This document shows, in pieces, positions 13,551 to 27,269 of a stretch of 64,000 nt of DNA (within the stretch, counting starts at the first letter, position 1; every line of letters starts with the position of its first letter). Position numbers and translations under genes: made by a program. The stretch comes from Octopus bimaculoides (Eukaryota): NCBI RefSeq assembly GCF_001194135.2, contig NC_068985.1, positions 57,992,376 through 58,056,375 on the forward strand, read 5' to 3'. The notes beneath the pieces were generated by a model. It was given only the letters and a program-made list of their open reading frames with translations. It did not search any database and was not told the origin of the DNA.

Positions 13551-13767
13551 CGAGTGGGTGCTGAAAAATTCCTACCTTTGGGCGAAAGAAAATACAGGCG
13601 GATGATTTGATTATGATTTTATTCAACATATCCTACTCTCAAATTCACACACTTATTTCAGTGGCCCTTCGGTTTTTCTAAGCCCTGTAAAAGAACTCGG
13701 AATTTAGGGCCTCCAGCGAGGCCTTTCACGACACCCTTAAACCAAGTATGTTTTCAGCACCTTCTCG
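13551..13767. mobile_element. mariner-type MITE (217 bp)
   Basis: Imperfect TIRs CGAGTGGGTGCTGAAAAATTCC versus (reverse complement) CGAGAAGGTGCTGAAAACATAC, flanked by TA on both sides; no coding capacity. Confidence 0.75.
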
Positions 13768-16700
13768 TATATGTCAGTTCATCTGCCCTGCTTAATCTTT
13801 ACATTAGGCATGTATACGTACATAATATACACATGGCTCAATCGTCAACACTTTTGATCCAGAAGTATAGGAGCGTCGATTTGTTCCCTTTACGTAGCAC
13901 CTTGCATAAATTTCTATCCCAGATATTTTTCACGAGCCTATTATTGTTAGTGATCTTAGTTAGTGGGCCACTTACGAAGCACGTCGCTTTGAATGTAATC
14001 ATTTTGTTGCTCAAAGTTTCAACTTCGAGTAAAGCTTTATGCCTGAGAATAACGTTAATGTAACAAATGCTTGTAGAATACTCATATACTTTACATGTTA
14101 ATTGAAAGACTAAACGATTCCAGCGATCAATCAACTGAATACTCATACTTCAAATGAACGAGAGTGTACACAAGCATAGCGATTAAATCACTACATATAT
14201 TTTGACTAACAAAATACAAAAAAAAGTATAAAAATAAAAATTGAGATTTGTGCCAAGGTTATATTATTTAGTAAAATATTTACACCTACCTATTTAAATT
14301 TCCATACTTAAAGAGTAACATCAAAGAGATGTTACTGAAATTTGATTGAGCCATTTCAGACTAATATTCTAAATATTATACTACTTTATTGTGCACTAAC
14401 GAAAGAAGGAAAGAAGGCAGCATTACACTTTAAAAAAAATTATATTCCCAAATATATTTCTACTGTTCTATCTACGTAATGAATTATATTATTTCTTTGT
14501 GTTATCTTTTTGGATTAACTACATGATAAATATAGTCTTCTTTTCAAAGTTTTAGCATGAAAGACTAATTCAGATTACTTGTTGCAGTGTTAGCAATGAA
14601 AATTTCCGATGAAAATTTAATAAAAATGTGGTAATATAACATAAAATATCAAATTGGTTAGACTATCGAAGTTCAATAGCTTCCTAATTAAACGTGACTA
14701 AATTGATTTGCAGCGCTCTCTCTATCCATCTTTTTTTCTCTTTCTCTCTTTGAAATTATACAAAAAATTATATTGGTTCGGCACTACTAAATATTCAATA
14801 ATTATTAGAGCTTGAATTCTGAAAGCTGTTCTCTTTTCTTAACAGAAAAAAAGACAAAAGTAAAACGAATACATAAAGGAAGATTGAATGTATTTTGTTA
14901 ACATAGCGTGTATAATAATCTTCCATCATAATCGAAAGAAAAAAAATGACAGACTGAAAAATTCAGGAAAAAGAAGGGATGGGTATAAACATTATGAACA
15001 CGAAATCTGCGATATATTAAGTTCTATCGTTCTAATGTAATTTGAAAACAATATAAAATGTCAGCTTTATATGTTCAATTAAAAGACTAAACGTTTGTAA
15101 CGTTATTTAATATGCATAGTATGTTATTTAATTTTATTTCTTTTTTCAAGTAAATTTATATGTAAACGTTATGTTTTTTTTTCCTATCTTCATTTCATGC
15201 GCAGCAATATAAATTTTCTTTGGAAATGAATAAACCAAAAAAAATCATATCGTGTAAGGCGACTATCATTAACTTTCCAGTTGAGTTACTTTACTCAAAC
15301 GTTATTCAACATTTAGGTTGACGAAACAATATTGTGTTTAATTCACGCCGTTAGTTGTATGAAATTTTAACGAAGAGAGTCTTTATTTCAAGATTCAGTG
15401 TGCTAAAACAACCTTGTAGTAAAATAGAAAACATAAACTTCAATTTTCCAGTGAATGCATGCATTATCAAAATCTCTCTTTCTCTACTTCTCTCTCTGTC
15501 TGTCTCTGTTACTTACAAAGAAACACATTTGCGCGCCCCTTATAAAAAGTAATGATACACTATATTCAGAAAAACAAAGGCCATGTTTAATAGTTTGAGA
15601 AATTATATTGAAGAAATGATGTTAAATATTTCGATTATGCTTGAAATATCATAAATATAAATACCTGAAATTGTATTTGAAGCGAGGAAAATAAACGGAC
15701 ACAAGACACATCGACACATGCGCATAAATAAACATACACGTAGTATCATCATATATACCTATATTAGACACACAACCACCAACGTGCACGCACACGCACA
15801 CACACACATACACACACACATACACACACACACTCATATATATATATTACAAAGGATGACGCAGGAAACACGATGGCTATATTATGAAATTCATTAGCTT
15901 ACAACAATTTCTGAGTGAAGATGCGGTAGACTCATAATTAAGTACCTGTATAACATCCGATAGCAGAAGGAGCTGTAAGCTAATGAAATTCATAACATGA
16001 TCATCTCATTGTCTTATTGTAGATTTATACTTGTTGACAAATTTGTTCTGAAACATATATATCTACACCAGGTAATATTTTTGACACAGTACAGCCGTGA
16101 AAACAGCAGAAATATTGGGTGTTATAACCATTATCAGACGGGGGAAAATGTTGTCAACAAACAACCACAAAAGTCAAACCCGAACCCCTCAGATACGTGT
16201 TGAGTAGTCTACCATTGAGCTCAACTGCCTGCTGACAACAAACGCCGTCCAGTAAAGCGCTGAATACATATCTTTTCTTTTGGAATGCAACAAGAACATA
16301 TGTAAACAAACATTTATTTTGTTTTTAGAAGCGTCGATTATGTATCATAATGTACAGACAAGAAGATAATATTTCGGTGTGTGTTCGATTTTGTTGACAA
16401 CTTTTTGTGAACATCCTCACGGTGTGATTATCAATAACATCATGATGAAAAATCAAAATTGCTTTCAGTGGTGTTTGATATCTCGGCGCATTGTCGGTAG
16501 AAGAAATGGCTGACATTTAACCAACGTTCTAACGACTGTGCGAATTTGCCGAAGTATGACCAAATATAAACAACTACACACACCAATACACGTATATACA
16601 CACACCAATACATGTATATATGTGATAATAGTTGGATACTTCATTTCTATATCACAACTACATACTTCAAAATTGCGTCTACATATGTTTCTTCGGGTAT

Positions 16701-16914
16701 TGTGGTTTTGAGTGCTTTATTTTACGTTTACATTCTGTAGTTTATAAAATTAGTACAGTTTGCTTTTCGACGATACTCTTTCGTTGTTGCATTTATTGCG
16801 CTAAGAATTTTATCACAACTTATGTGAATGTTGCTGTGTGTCTCTTAATGTCAATTTAAACAAGCTTACGTTGTGGAATTCTTCAGATATATAATATGTC
16901 AGCGTATTATATTG

Positions 16915-17515
16915 ATCTCAAACTTTTGCACAGGACCGGCAAATTGGGGGGAAGGATTTATTCGATTACATAGATCCCTGTTCAGAGCTAGTAGTTATTT
17001 TATCCAACCCGGAAGGAGGAAGGGAAAAGTTGACCTCGGTGGAATGGTGCTAGGCATTCTGGCCGGTTTGCTAACGATACTGCCATCTCGCTGCCTACGT
17101 CTGTAGATAATACTGATTTCAAATTTTGGCACAAGGCCAGAAATTTCGAGGAAGGGATTAAGTCGATTACGTCGATCCAATTGCTCGCCTGGTACTTACA
17201 CGCCCGAAAGGGCGAAAGCTAAACTCGACTTCGCTGAAATTTAAACTCAGAACGTGAAGTCAAGCGAAATGCCACTAAGCATATTGCCTGGCATGCTAAC
17301 AATTCTGCCACCTCACTGCCTTACGTCTGTCTATAAAATTCATTTCAAATGTTGGCACAAGGCCAGTAATTTCGGAAAATGGGGCTAAGTTGATTACATT
17401 GACCTCAGTGCTCAACTTGTGCGTATTTTATCGAACGGAATGTTGAAAGGTAATGTCGCCCCCCCCCCCGGTGGAATTTGAACTTAGGACGTAAATACGG
17501 ACAAATGTCCGTCTA
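16915..17515 (-). mobile_element. Three head-to-tail family-2 SINE copies
   Basis: Units at about 16915-17097, 17120-17322 and 17345-17515, each starting (+ strand) with a variant of (GG)CACAAGGCCAG and resembling the reverse complement of 62270-62480; the third is truncated. Confidence 0.75.
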
Positions 17516-17988
17516 TATTAACATGTTTTTTTTTGTATATATTAATTCAACAGGAAATTAATTCAAATGGGAAATCGGACAACGATTTGAATATATTTGT
17601 GATTGAATAAAAGCGTACCTTTTCACAATATTTTAAACAACATCAAGGCAGGTTAACATGATGAAATGATTTGTCTAGATCTGATATCAATATAGCAATT
17701 ATCAGTTTATCATATCGATCTTTTGTAAACATTTTTTGTTATAGAATTTTAGTTAGGTATTATGCAATTATGTTATTCTGAAGTACAAAAAAAGCAACAA
17801 TATTTTGGCAAGTAGCTTTGCTCAGTACATCAGTAATACTCGTTATGTGAACTTAGACGGTATGAAAGAACTTTACTACTGCAGATTAAGAAACACAAAA
17901 CAGAAACACAATTCTGGGCTTATATGTATGTATTTATGTATGTATGTATGTATGTGTGTGTGTATACACGCACAAACACAGTTATATA

Positions 17989-18099
<111 letters not shown>

Positions 18100-20087
18100 N
18101 NNNNNNNNNNNNNNNNNNNNNNNNNNNNNNNNNNNNNNNNNNNNNNNNNNNNNNNNNNNNNNNNNNNNNNNNNNNNNNNNNNNNNNNNNNNNNNNNNNNN
18201 NNNNNNNNNNNNNNNNNNNNNNNNNNNNNNNNNNNNNNNNNNNNNNNNNNNNNNNNNNNNNNNNNNNNNNNNNNNNNNNNNNNNNNNNNNNNNNNNNNNN
18301 NNNNNNNNNNNNNNNNNNNNNNNNNNNNNNNNNNNNNNNNNNNNNNNNNNNNNNNNNNNNNNNNNNNNNNNNNNNNNNNNNNNNNNNNNNNNNNNNNNNN
18401 NNNNNNNNNNNNNNNNNNNNNNNNNNNNNNNNNNNNNNNNNNNNNNNNNNNNNNNNNNNNNNNNNNNNNNNNNNNNNNNNNNNNNNNATATATACAAGTC
18501 CGAACACGGTTTTTTAAGATAGCATGACTTACATGGGTTTGATATCACACTCTTATTCATGCTGTGTATATGCGGAATTAAACATATGGAATGCACATCG
18601 AAAGAACTCTGGCAAGTGATGCAACATGAATGAATCTCGAACCTCAAACGTAAAAGGGAGTTATAGGATGAAATGCGACTACGTTAAAAGAACTTCCATG
18701 TATAAGTCAATGCAAAATTACTACATAAGTATTACCAATAATTCTTAATATGTGTAGTAAAAAATTGAAACCCTCTCATTCACATTATTGTCAGCCTTTT
18801 GATGCAAACCGAACGAAAGAAGTTTATTCTTAGCTTAAATATAACACACATTTGTATAAACAAATAATGTTACATGTAAACAGAAAGTGAAGTGAAGCAA
18901 ATCGATATATAGATATATAATAGCAATGTAATCTTAGTATTACTTACGTGAAAACTTACTTATCACTTATGTAAGTATTACTTATGTGAAATCAATGGAA
19001 ATACATGCCAAATGTGCCCCACCGATTTGTTTCCTAATAACATCCAGGAAAATGTTTTAATGAAATTTTCTACTAATATGCTTCAGGTGATGTACAATCC
19101 GATCATAACGGAATTTGTTGTGAAAAAATTACTTTTCGGTGGAGTTGGAAGATGAATTTCAGAAAATTCACTTGAGGTGGCTTTGTTTGCTCATGTTTCG
19201 GAAAAAATGGCTATTTTAAAACATTCTGCGAATGCCTTTCAGAAAGTGTAAATTATGTTTATATAGGAATTTGATGTGAGAAGTAAAATGGTGCGCTCGC
19301 ACATATACATACTAATACACATCAAATTTTTTTCTAAATTTCAAGTTTCATTTTGTAGGATAAGTGTAGATATATTGTAGGTATATGTGATATGCGCCAG
19401 CCTGCGTTAGTAGTATCCCACCACTTTTCGTTTCATATTAAATTCCGATATTATCATAACATATACTCTTTGAAAAGTATGTGTAGAAATAACACCGGTT
19501 ACACTATATTATTGCGCATGCGGTACTGCATGTCCACAATAAACGTATTTCATGTTTCTTATGGACTAGTAATAAAATTACATCGTTACCTACTATTTCC
19601 GTCTTAAGGTTCTATGTTCAAATTCGGCCGATGTCGCATTTCGGGGTTGATGAAATACATACGTTCAACACCGTACAGATAAGAATAGATATCACATATT
19701 ATCTATTTACAACAAAGAAATGGAAAGCTAAAGAATGCAACAACTATTAATTTGATGAAAACATAAAATTAAAATATATTAATTATCTTAGTGTGTTCGA
19801 GCGAAGCTCAACTAATATAATAAGAGTGAAATAATATAATTTCAATAATGAAAAATAATGAAATATTGAAATACATTAAAGGCACTCCTGTACGAACTAT
19901 ATATATATATATTTATATATAGCAAACTTTGGTTGTAGAACAAACAACAAATTGAAGGTCATCTCGAACATTTATTCACATATAAAGAAACATAATGCGG
20001 ATGCACAAAATCACAGAAGACGAAACAATACTTCATTTAGAAAGGCATATAGAAAAAAGTGAGTATTGGTATGTGGTGTTATTATTT

Positions 20088-20167
20088 TCCCCTGAGGAAG
20101 GAGTCACTACCGTAATTCACCCTCGTGAATTGACTACATTAATGAACCCCTGAAATGGCCATAGGGA
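20088..20167 (+). ncRNA. Type I hammerhead ribozyme motif, probably in a Penelope-like pseudo-LTR remnant
   Basis: Stem I UCCC (20088-91)/GGGA (20164-67); core CUGAGGA (20092-98); stem II AGG/CCU (20099-101/20149-151) enclosing a long insert with hairpin AAUUCAC/GUGAAUU; GAAA (20152-55); palindromic stem III AUGGCCAU; cleavage triplet AUA (20161-63). Confidence 0.75.
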
Positions 20168-20771
20168 CTGTAAATATAGTTTTTTTGTCTCTCTATTGCT
20201 TGGACACCGGCTTTTCTTAAAAGGTTTCCTTTTACCTTAAAAGTAACTTTTAATCGAAACATTCTTAATCGATGAATTTTTATCTATATTCTATATCTTA
20301 TGTATTTATATGTTTCTTACATACGTATTTTTATATTTATATATTTATATATTTATTGTTTTATTTTAGGTTTTATAATGTTAAAAAGAAAACTCTAGAC
20401 GCTGAAGTATTAATTTATTAATTTTTTAAAATATTTTTTTTTATACGCGTTAGACAGTACTCACTTTTTTCTATATGCCTGTCTAAATGAAGTATTGTTT
20501 CCTCTTCTGTGATTTTGTGCATCCGTATTCTATGTATAGAAAAAGCATTATGTTTCTTTATATGTGATTAAATGTTCGAGATGTGATATATTAAGTAGAT
20601 GACCTTAAATTTATTGTTTATTCTACAACCAAAGTTTGTTATACTCGTCTCATTTACTTGAGCACTTCTCTTGCAGTCCTATTAACCCTCTTTTTCCTAA
20701 TAAGAAACAATTACCATNNNNNNNNNNNNNNNNNNNNNNNNNNNNNNNNNNNNNNNNNNNNNNNNNNNNNN

Positions 20772-20806
<35 letters not shown>

Positions 20807-23099
20807 ATATATATATATATATATATCAATAAATGAATAGAGAGAGAAATACACAGGGACAAAGGTGTTATCGTTAGGTATATCTACCGCTATATATCTG
20901 TGTTTATGTGTGGTCTTTTCTATAGAAATGAACATCCGCAACAAACATCCGCAAAAGTGTAAATTAATTTCCTTGTGTATTCCCTTTTGAAAGCAGTGTG
21001 CTTACATCAGTCTTGGTCAGCAATTCTTTCGTGAGCCTCCATTGAGAAGGTCTTATATTAATGTAATGTCGAAATCGACAAACTAAAATATAACATATCA
21101 TCCTTTATGTGAAATGTGATTTGATAGAGCTGGCACGCATACAATTGTTACAAATTGTAAAATTCAGTGTGTATCTTCCCTAATTTAAAGATAACATATT
21201 TCATTTGCCAGAAGATTATCACAGACATGTTTAGATTTATTTTTAGACTCAACTATAACCAGTTGTTCTTTGTGTTTAGCGCCCTCAAAACCTCCAAATG
21301 ATTTGAAACAAGGCGCATTACCCTAGTCACAACTCAAGCATTACTCGCAGAATCACATTAAGTGAGGATACAGGGTCAATTTATGATGTCCATTACCAAT
21401 ATATAGAGAGTCTTTATCCACTTACTTCTACTTACTCTTCAGTTACCAACATTTTCCTGGGGTCTTCTGCGTCTGCAGACAGGTTTGCACTGCATATCGA
21501 AAAGGAAGTCGTTTCTCTTGACTTCTGCAAGTATATATGCTTTGCAAAGAGGATTTAGTTGAAGAAGCAAACATTCAAGTTCCAAGTCACATAACACAAT
21601 TAAACAATTATGATCACCGTCTCCGTGGATACGAGTTCAAAACTGTCAGTAGACTTCCTCAAGCAAAATAAACCAGAAAGCACAATTCAGGTGCACACGC
21701 TGGATAGATCTCAAACACAAAAAGTAGCTGTATGCGATCTATTCCATTGTATTTGAATTCTGAATTGTACTTTAACTAAATGAGTGTCCAATGTAAAAGA
21801 TAAAGCAATAGAAGAGTCACGAGATATACCTCCGGAAACAACTTCACTATCTAGGATTTTGATCTGCTAAGAATATTGATTTATAATTGTGTATAATTCA
21901 TGATTATAAAGGATCCGTAAATAAGCTGAAAATTGAAGCTGCCCGTCTATTAATGCTTCTGTTTAAAATCGCCAACAAAGACAGGAAATTAACAATGGTT
22001 ATAAGTGAAATAATATATTTTCGATATAATTGCATAATTGATCATTTATGATGAAGCCACTATGAGCTAAAATGGTGACGTGGAAAATTTACTTGTATAA
22101 TTTATGATCTGTTATACCACATAGGGATGATTGCAAACCATAGAAATTATTCTTGATTTTATAGAACCAAGAATGAGATCAATGACTATTTGGAAATATC
22201 TTTGACTCACCACTATAAGCAACAGGTCCTTAAAACAACTACCAATATTAATGATGCCACGGATTCGTTTGCTACTCATCAATTTCAGTGATAATAATTT
22301 TCATGTATTTTTAGTTAAAATTCGTAAACTGGACCTAAGCGGATTAAGTTCCAAACCTAATTCTAATGTTAGAGGGATCTTGGCCATTATAATGTACCTG
22401 ACAATCCAACAGAAATGTAATAAGGATTGAACTGGGAACAAAAAAAAAATTGCAAATTAGGAGATTTAGTGTGATAAAAGATACTTCCTTTAAATTATTT
22501 GACCATGTTTATGAACATTTTAAACTGGGATTTATGCCACAACATAAATTCACGTTAAGGTCCTAACATCGTTAAAGCGATCTACTAATATTTTACAATG
22601 ACAGAAAACTCATCGATTTCCTGCCGCCAATATATAACTAGAAATTGTGAAATGAAATATTTATAATCTTGAATTGTTAAATATATAGAGAGTAAAAGTT
22701 TACACAAACATTCTTTAAGTATTTCAAAGAAAAACTTATTTTGATGTAAATAATCAAAACGAAGCCATAAATAGTGAATGAAAGTGTAAATAATAGTGTA
22801 CGGGGTAATATGAAAAGTACGAAGCGAAATAATTGAAGAAAAGATGCAAACAAACTCTATGAGAGAGAGCCGAGACAAAGACTAACAACAAAAGACGGTA
22901 AAAAGTGACGTATAAAGATAGAAGCCAGAGAGTAAATGTTACAACGACATATGCGTAGCGGCAACATGAGGGCTTGTGAACTTTAGCTGCCCACATTGTA
23001 GATCATTAATTTCAACTGTCCATTTTAGTTCACTGCGTGATGGTTGGACCCGTTTAGTTCTACTTGGACCACCCACATCTTTAACGTAATGGACAAGCC

Positions 23100-23299
23100 T
23101 GGCGTCAGTTAGTCAATCATAAAATGGAAAGTTCTGGCTCGTTAATTCCCCAGGGAGGAGAGTTTTTGCGACGAGCGACCAGGGAACTTGACGCGAAGAC
23201 AATTTGATTTCACGTTCCAGTTTGAATAAATTGCAAGAAAATTTGAAGTCAGAAGATTTGAAGTTAAGCTTAGCATTTTCTGCACATCTCAGAATAGAA
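23100..23299 (+). promoter_or_regulatory. Candidate promoter/first exon of a plus-strand gene
   Basis: Initiator-like TCAGTT (23105-10); AAAATGG start context at 23124; CpG-rich relative to flanks; donor GAA|GTAAGC at 23299/23300. The ATG frame (MESSGSLIPQGGEFLRRATRELDAKTI*) stops at 23205-07. Confidence 0.35.
23221..23299 (+). CDS. Candidate exon (S)LNKLQENLKSEDLKLSLAFSAHLRIE, unknown protein
   Basis: Acceptor ttcacgttccag| and donor |gtaagc; open frame, phase 2 to 0. Confidence 0.35.
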
Positions 23300-23941
23300 G
23301 TAAGCAGAATTTTTGTGATACTGTATTTAGATTTTTCTGTAACCTCTATTCTACATTTTGATGAACATTTAAATATTTATAATGTTTTAACAATTGAAAT
23401 GTCTGACCAATTTGCTTTATAAAATTGCTACTGTCATAAATGTTTCCTCACGGTCTATTGAAATTTATGTCTGAATTCATTTATTATTATGCATCTTGAA
23501 TTCATTTAACAGACCTTACTGCAATGCATATTTCCACATAATACTATACTGCTTTATATGAATAGAAACACTAAAAGGAAAAGAGGCGATAAACAGAAAA
23601 TTTAGAAAGAAACATGAAGAGAGAACAAAATGGAAAGGAACATAATGCATTGAAAAGCGTTGTCAGTGAATCAGTGAATAAAATGAGTTTTCTGATTGAA
23701 GCGTTTTGTTGATTTCTTCAATAATAAAATAATCTTATAAACGACATGCTGCTAAAAATATATTAAGACTAGAATTTCTTAGAAACAGTGTAATGATATA
23801 TAAATACTATACCATAGTTAATATTACATATTTAAACTAATTAATAAGCAACTTCATTATAGTAATATAGATACATATATTCTCAGGAACCTATCAAGAA
23901 ATCCCGTGAGATATTTAAGACCTCCGAGGTGTTTTCATATA

Positions 23942-24121
23942 GATAATACTGAGTCTTTATTTGAACCAGAGTCTACCCAAAGCAATGGCGAGCCGTCTGA
24001 TACCTCTCATTATGAAACGGCTAAAATTGATAGTATTTATGAGAATAATCCATTGATATACAGAAAAATGACGAGAAAGATTGAAAGGACGAACAATTTG
24101 ATGTATGCCACTCACAGATAA
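23942..24121 (+). CDS. Candidate terminal exon with Tyr-rich acidic tail
   Basis: Acceptor tgttttcatatag| (position approximate), then (D)NTESLFEPESTQSNGEPSDTSHYETAKIDSIYENNPLIYRK...YATHR*; no homology recognised. Confidence 0.25.
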   Translation, partial: DNTESLFEPESTQSNGEPSDTSHYETAKIDSIYENNPLIYRKMTRKIERTNNLMYATHR

Positions 24122-25670
24122 ACACATAGATACGAGTGTTTATCTGTGTGTGAGTATATGCAATTGTGTGGTTGTATGTAAAACATATATGTTTGTGAGC
24201 TTTTCTGTGTTGTGTGTATGTGTATGCATCAGTATATGAATACATGTACATATGTGTATGTATGTTTGTGCGTTTGTATATCAATGTATTCGTATGTTTA
24301 TGCATATGAATAAATGTACAAATACATGTACATACGTTTTGATACATATACGGTTATATTTGCATAAAAAAACACACACATATGTGTGTGCATATGCATA
24401 TATATATATATATATATANNNNNNNNNNNNNNNNNNNNNNNNNNNNNNNNNNNNNNNNNNNNNNNNNNNNNNNNNNNNNNNNNNNNNNNNNNNNNNNNNN
24501 NNNNNNNNNNNNNNNNNNNNNNNNNNNNNNNNNNNNNNNNNNNNNNNNNNNNNNNNNNNNNNNNNNNNNNNNNNNNNNNNNNNNNNNNNNNNNNNNNNNN
24601 NNNNNNNNNNNNNNNNNNNNNNNNNNNNNNNNNNNNNNNNNNNNNNNNNNNNNNNNNNNNNNNNNNNNNNNNNNNNNNNNNNNNNNNNNNNNNNNNNNNN
24701 NNNNNNNNNNNNNNNNNNNNNNNNNNNNNNNNNNNNNNNNNNATATATATATATATATATACATACATATGTGTATGTCTGTGTGTATGCAAACAATTCT
24801 GTGCATTTCTATAGATACATATATACATTTATGTTTTTATATAAGTTTATATAAGTGTATTTGCTAGTGTTTGTAATAAGTACGTATTTCTTTCACTCCC
24901 TCTCTCTGTGTATCACTCACCCTCCCTCACTCTGTCTCTCTATCTACTCGCGTGTGATTATGAGCCGGCGTGTGTGTATGGTGATTTAGCTGTGTATACT
25001 GAAAAGGCATAATTATTAGGAATGCTAATACTGAAAAATATTCTCCACATTTCTGATAAATTACAAAAGAAATACCGTTATTGTTTCAGCTAATAATAAT
25101 AATAATGATAATAATAATAATAATTATAATAATAATAATAATAATAAGAAGAAGAAGAAGAAGAACAACAACAACAACAACACCAACAAGAAAAATAATA
25201 ATAATAATTTTCCGGGTGACATTGTTCTGTCAATAATTATTACAGTGTTCCCGTCACATCAAAGCTTTCCGCAAACGACACATTGACGCCTTTTGCTGCA
25301 GGAAAGAAAAATGGACTTTATGGTGTGTACCATGTTTATTGAATACATTAATTTAGGAATCCATACGTAATTGCATTCACATATGTATATGCCCACACAC
25401 ACTCACATACATATTTATACACGAATGTGTACATGTGATGTGAAATCTAAATTTACATATAAGCTTATATTTATATTTATGTATATATATTTATATATAT
25501 GTATGCGTTATGCGTCTGTGTATGTGTATAGATATAAAATGTTATTATACATGCATATATATATGTATGTATGTATATATATATATGCATCTATTTATAC
25601 AAGTATATATATGTCTGTGTATGCACACGCACCCCAAAAACTAGCCACCCATCGACACAACATATATAAC

Positions 25671-25763
<93 letters not shown>

Positions 25764-25914
25764 TTAGATAGATAGATAGATAGATGGATAGATAGATAGA
25801 TAGGTAAAACTTACCTACAAAGGGATGTGTGGCGTTCGATCATATAATGATATAAATAATAGATAAATATATGCTTATCTACATACATATATATGTGCAT
25901 ATACATGCATATAT

Positions 25915-26330
25915 GGGTACAGGACGTCAAAAACCCTAACCCTAACGTAGGCTAAATGAGAAACGAGAGCATAAAGACAAAAACGTAGAAAACGGAACTG
26001 TTTTTCGAACAACGAAAGAAACAAATGAGAAATGAGACAATCAACATAAAGAACATTCCCTTCATCAGTTGTACCTTGTTTTATCTACTCCGCGTTTCGA
26101 AGGTTGGGACATGACGTGACATCGTTAAAACAGTCCTTCCAAGAAGCAAATTAAATAAAATTTGGGATTTTTTGCGTGGGGTGAAATGGGTAGCAAAAAC
26201 AGGAGAGTGAGAGCAAACCGGTAAAAACAAACGGTGGTGAGGGCTGTTAAGTCACGACGTTGTGAAGTGATGAACGCTGGAAAAACGATCTTTGAGAAGA
26301 GACAGGTAAAATCAACAAGAGTGTCAAGGA
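25915..26330. repeat. Unclassified interspersed repeat (possibly Penelope-related)
   Basis: Higher-complexity, CpG-containing block bounded by microsatellites, with fragments of hammerhead-like words on the minus strand; classification is from pattern recall only. Confidence 0.35.
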
Positions 26331-26563
26331 GGAAGAGAGAGAGAGAGAGAGAGTGAGAGAGTGAGGGAACGGTGAAGGGTAAAGGAGAAGAATAGAGAGA
26401 GAGTGGGAGAGAAAAAACAGAAAGGAAGAACAAGAGAGGGGGATAGATAGAAAGAATAGAGATAGAATGAGAGTGCGCATCGTAATTATTAAAATAAAAC
26501 TTACTTGGAAATAGATGCGTGGCATTCGATCATATGATAATATATATAATGTATAAATATATC

Positions 26564-26652
<89 letters not shown>

Positions 26653-27269
26653 GCATATATACATACATATATATGTAACATTTAACAATATTATTGAAAA
26701 TAAATGCAAAACTTATCGTAACAAATCTTTCGGTTAAAATACAATTTAAACGTTATACTATTAACAATACATGAACTTATATAAAAATACTTATTTTACC
26801 AATAAATCAAAGAGAAATATTAAACAATATTATTGAAAAAATGCAACAGTAATCTTATTACAGTTTTGGTTTAAATTAAAATGTTAAACGTTATGCTATT
26901 CACTTAGCATAACGTGTCGTCGATTTTGTTATTTTAATGATTATTACTTTGTATTTTATTAGTTCTTTTTAGGGTATTTACTTATTAAAATCTTCTATAT
27001 GTGACTGTGGATTTTCAAGGATGTGTTCAGGAATTCTGTTTCTTTTCTCTAAATTATATATTTATATTTACATATATTCAACCTAGGTGAATCTTAAACT
27101 AATACAATAAAGAGCTGGGGCAAAGTGCTGAAGCGTTTTAACCAAGCTGCCAGCTCACTGTTTTATATGCTTTGTCGTAATTAATACTTAGAACTTTTCT
27201 GCTGTGCACTTTAGAGTTACTGTGACTCTGAGATTTGCTTACTGAATCACAGTACACTGAATAATAATT

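Noticed and set aside
13838-14146. 102 aa minus ORF with KITNNNRL, faintly like a hAT C-terminal K...RNRL motif
   Set aside because: The other hAT dimerisation motifs are absent and no termini were found.
25930-25947. (CCCTAA)2 telomere-like motif (a partial one also at 47215)
   Set aside because: Only about two units; not distinguishable from chance or repeat content.
26055-26110. Minus-strand CGAAAC...GTA...CTGATGA in type II hammerhead order
   Set aside because: Stem I does not form and stem III has only two pairs; at best a decayed relic.
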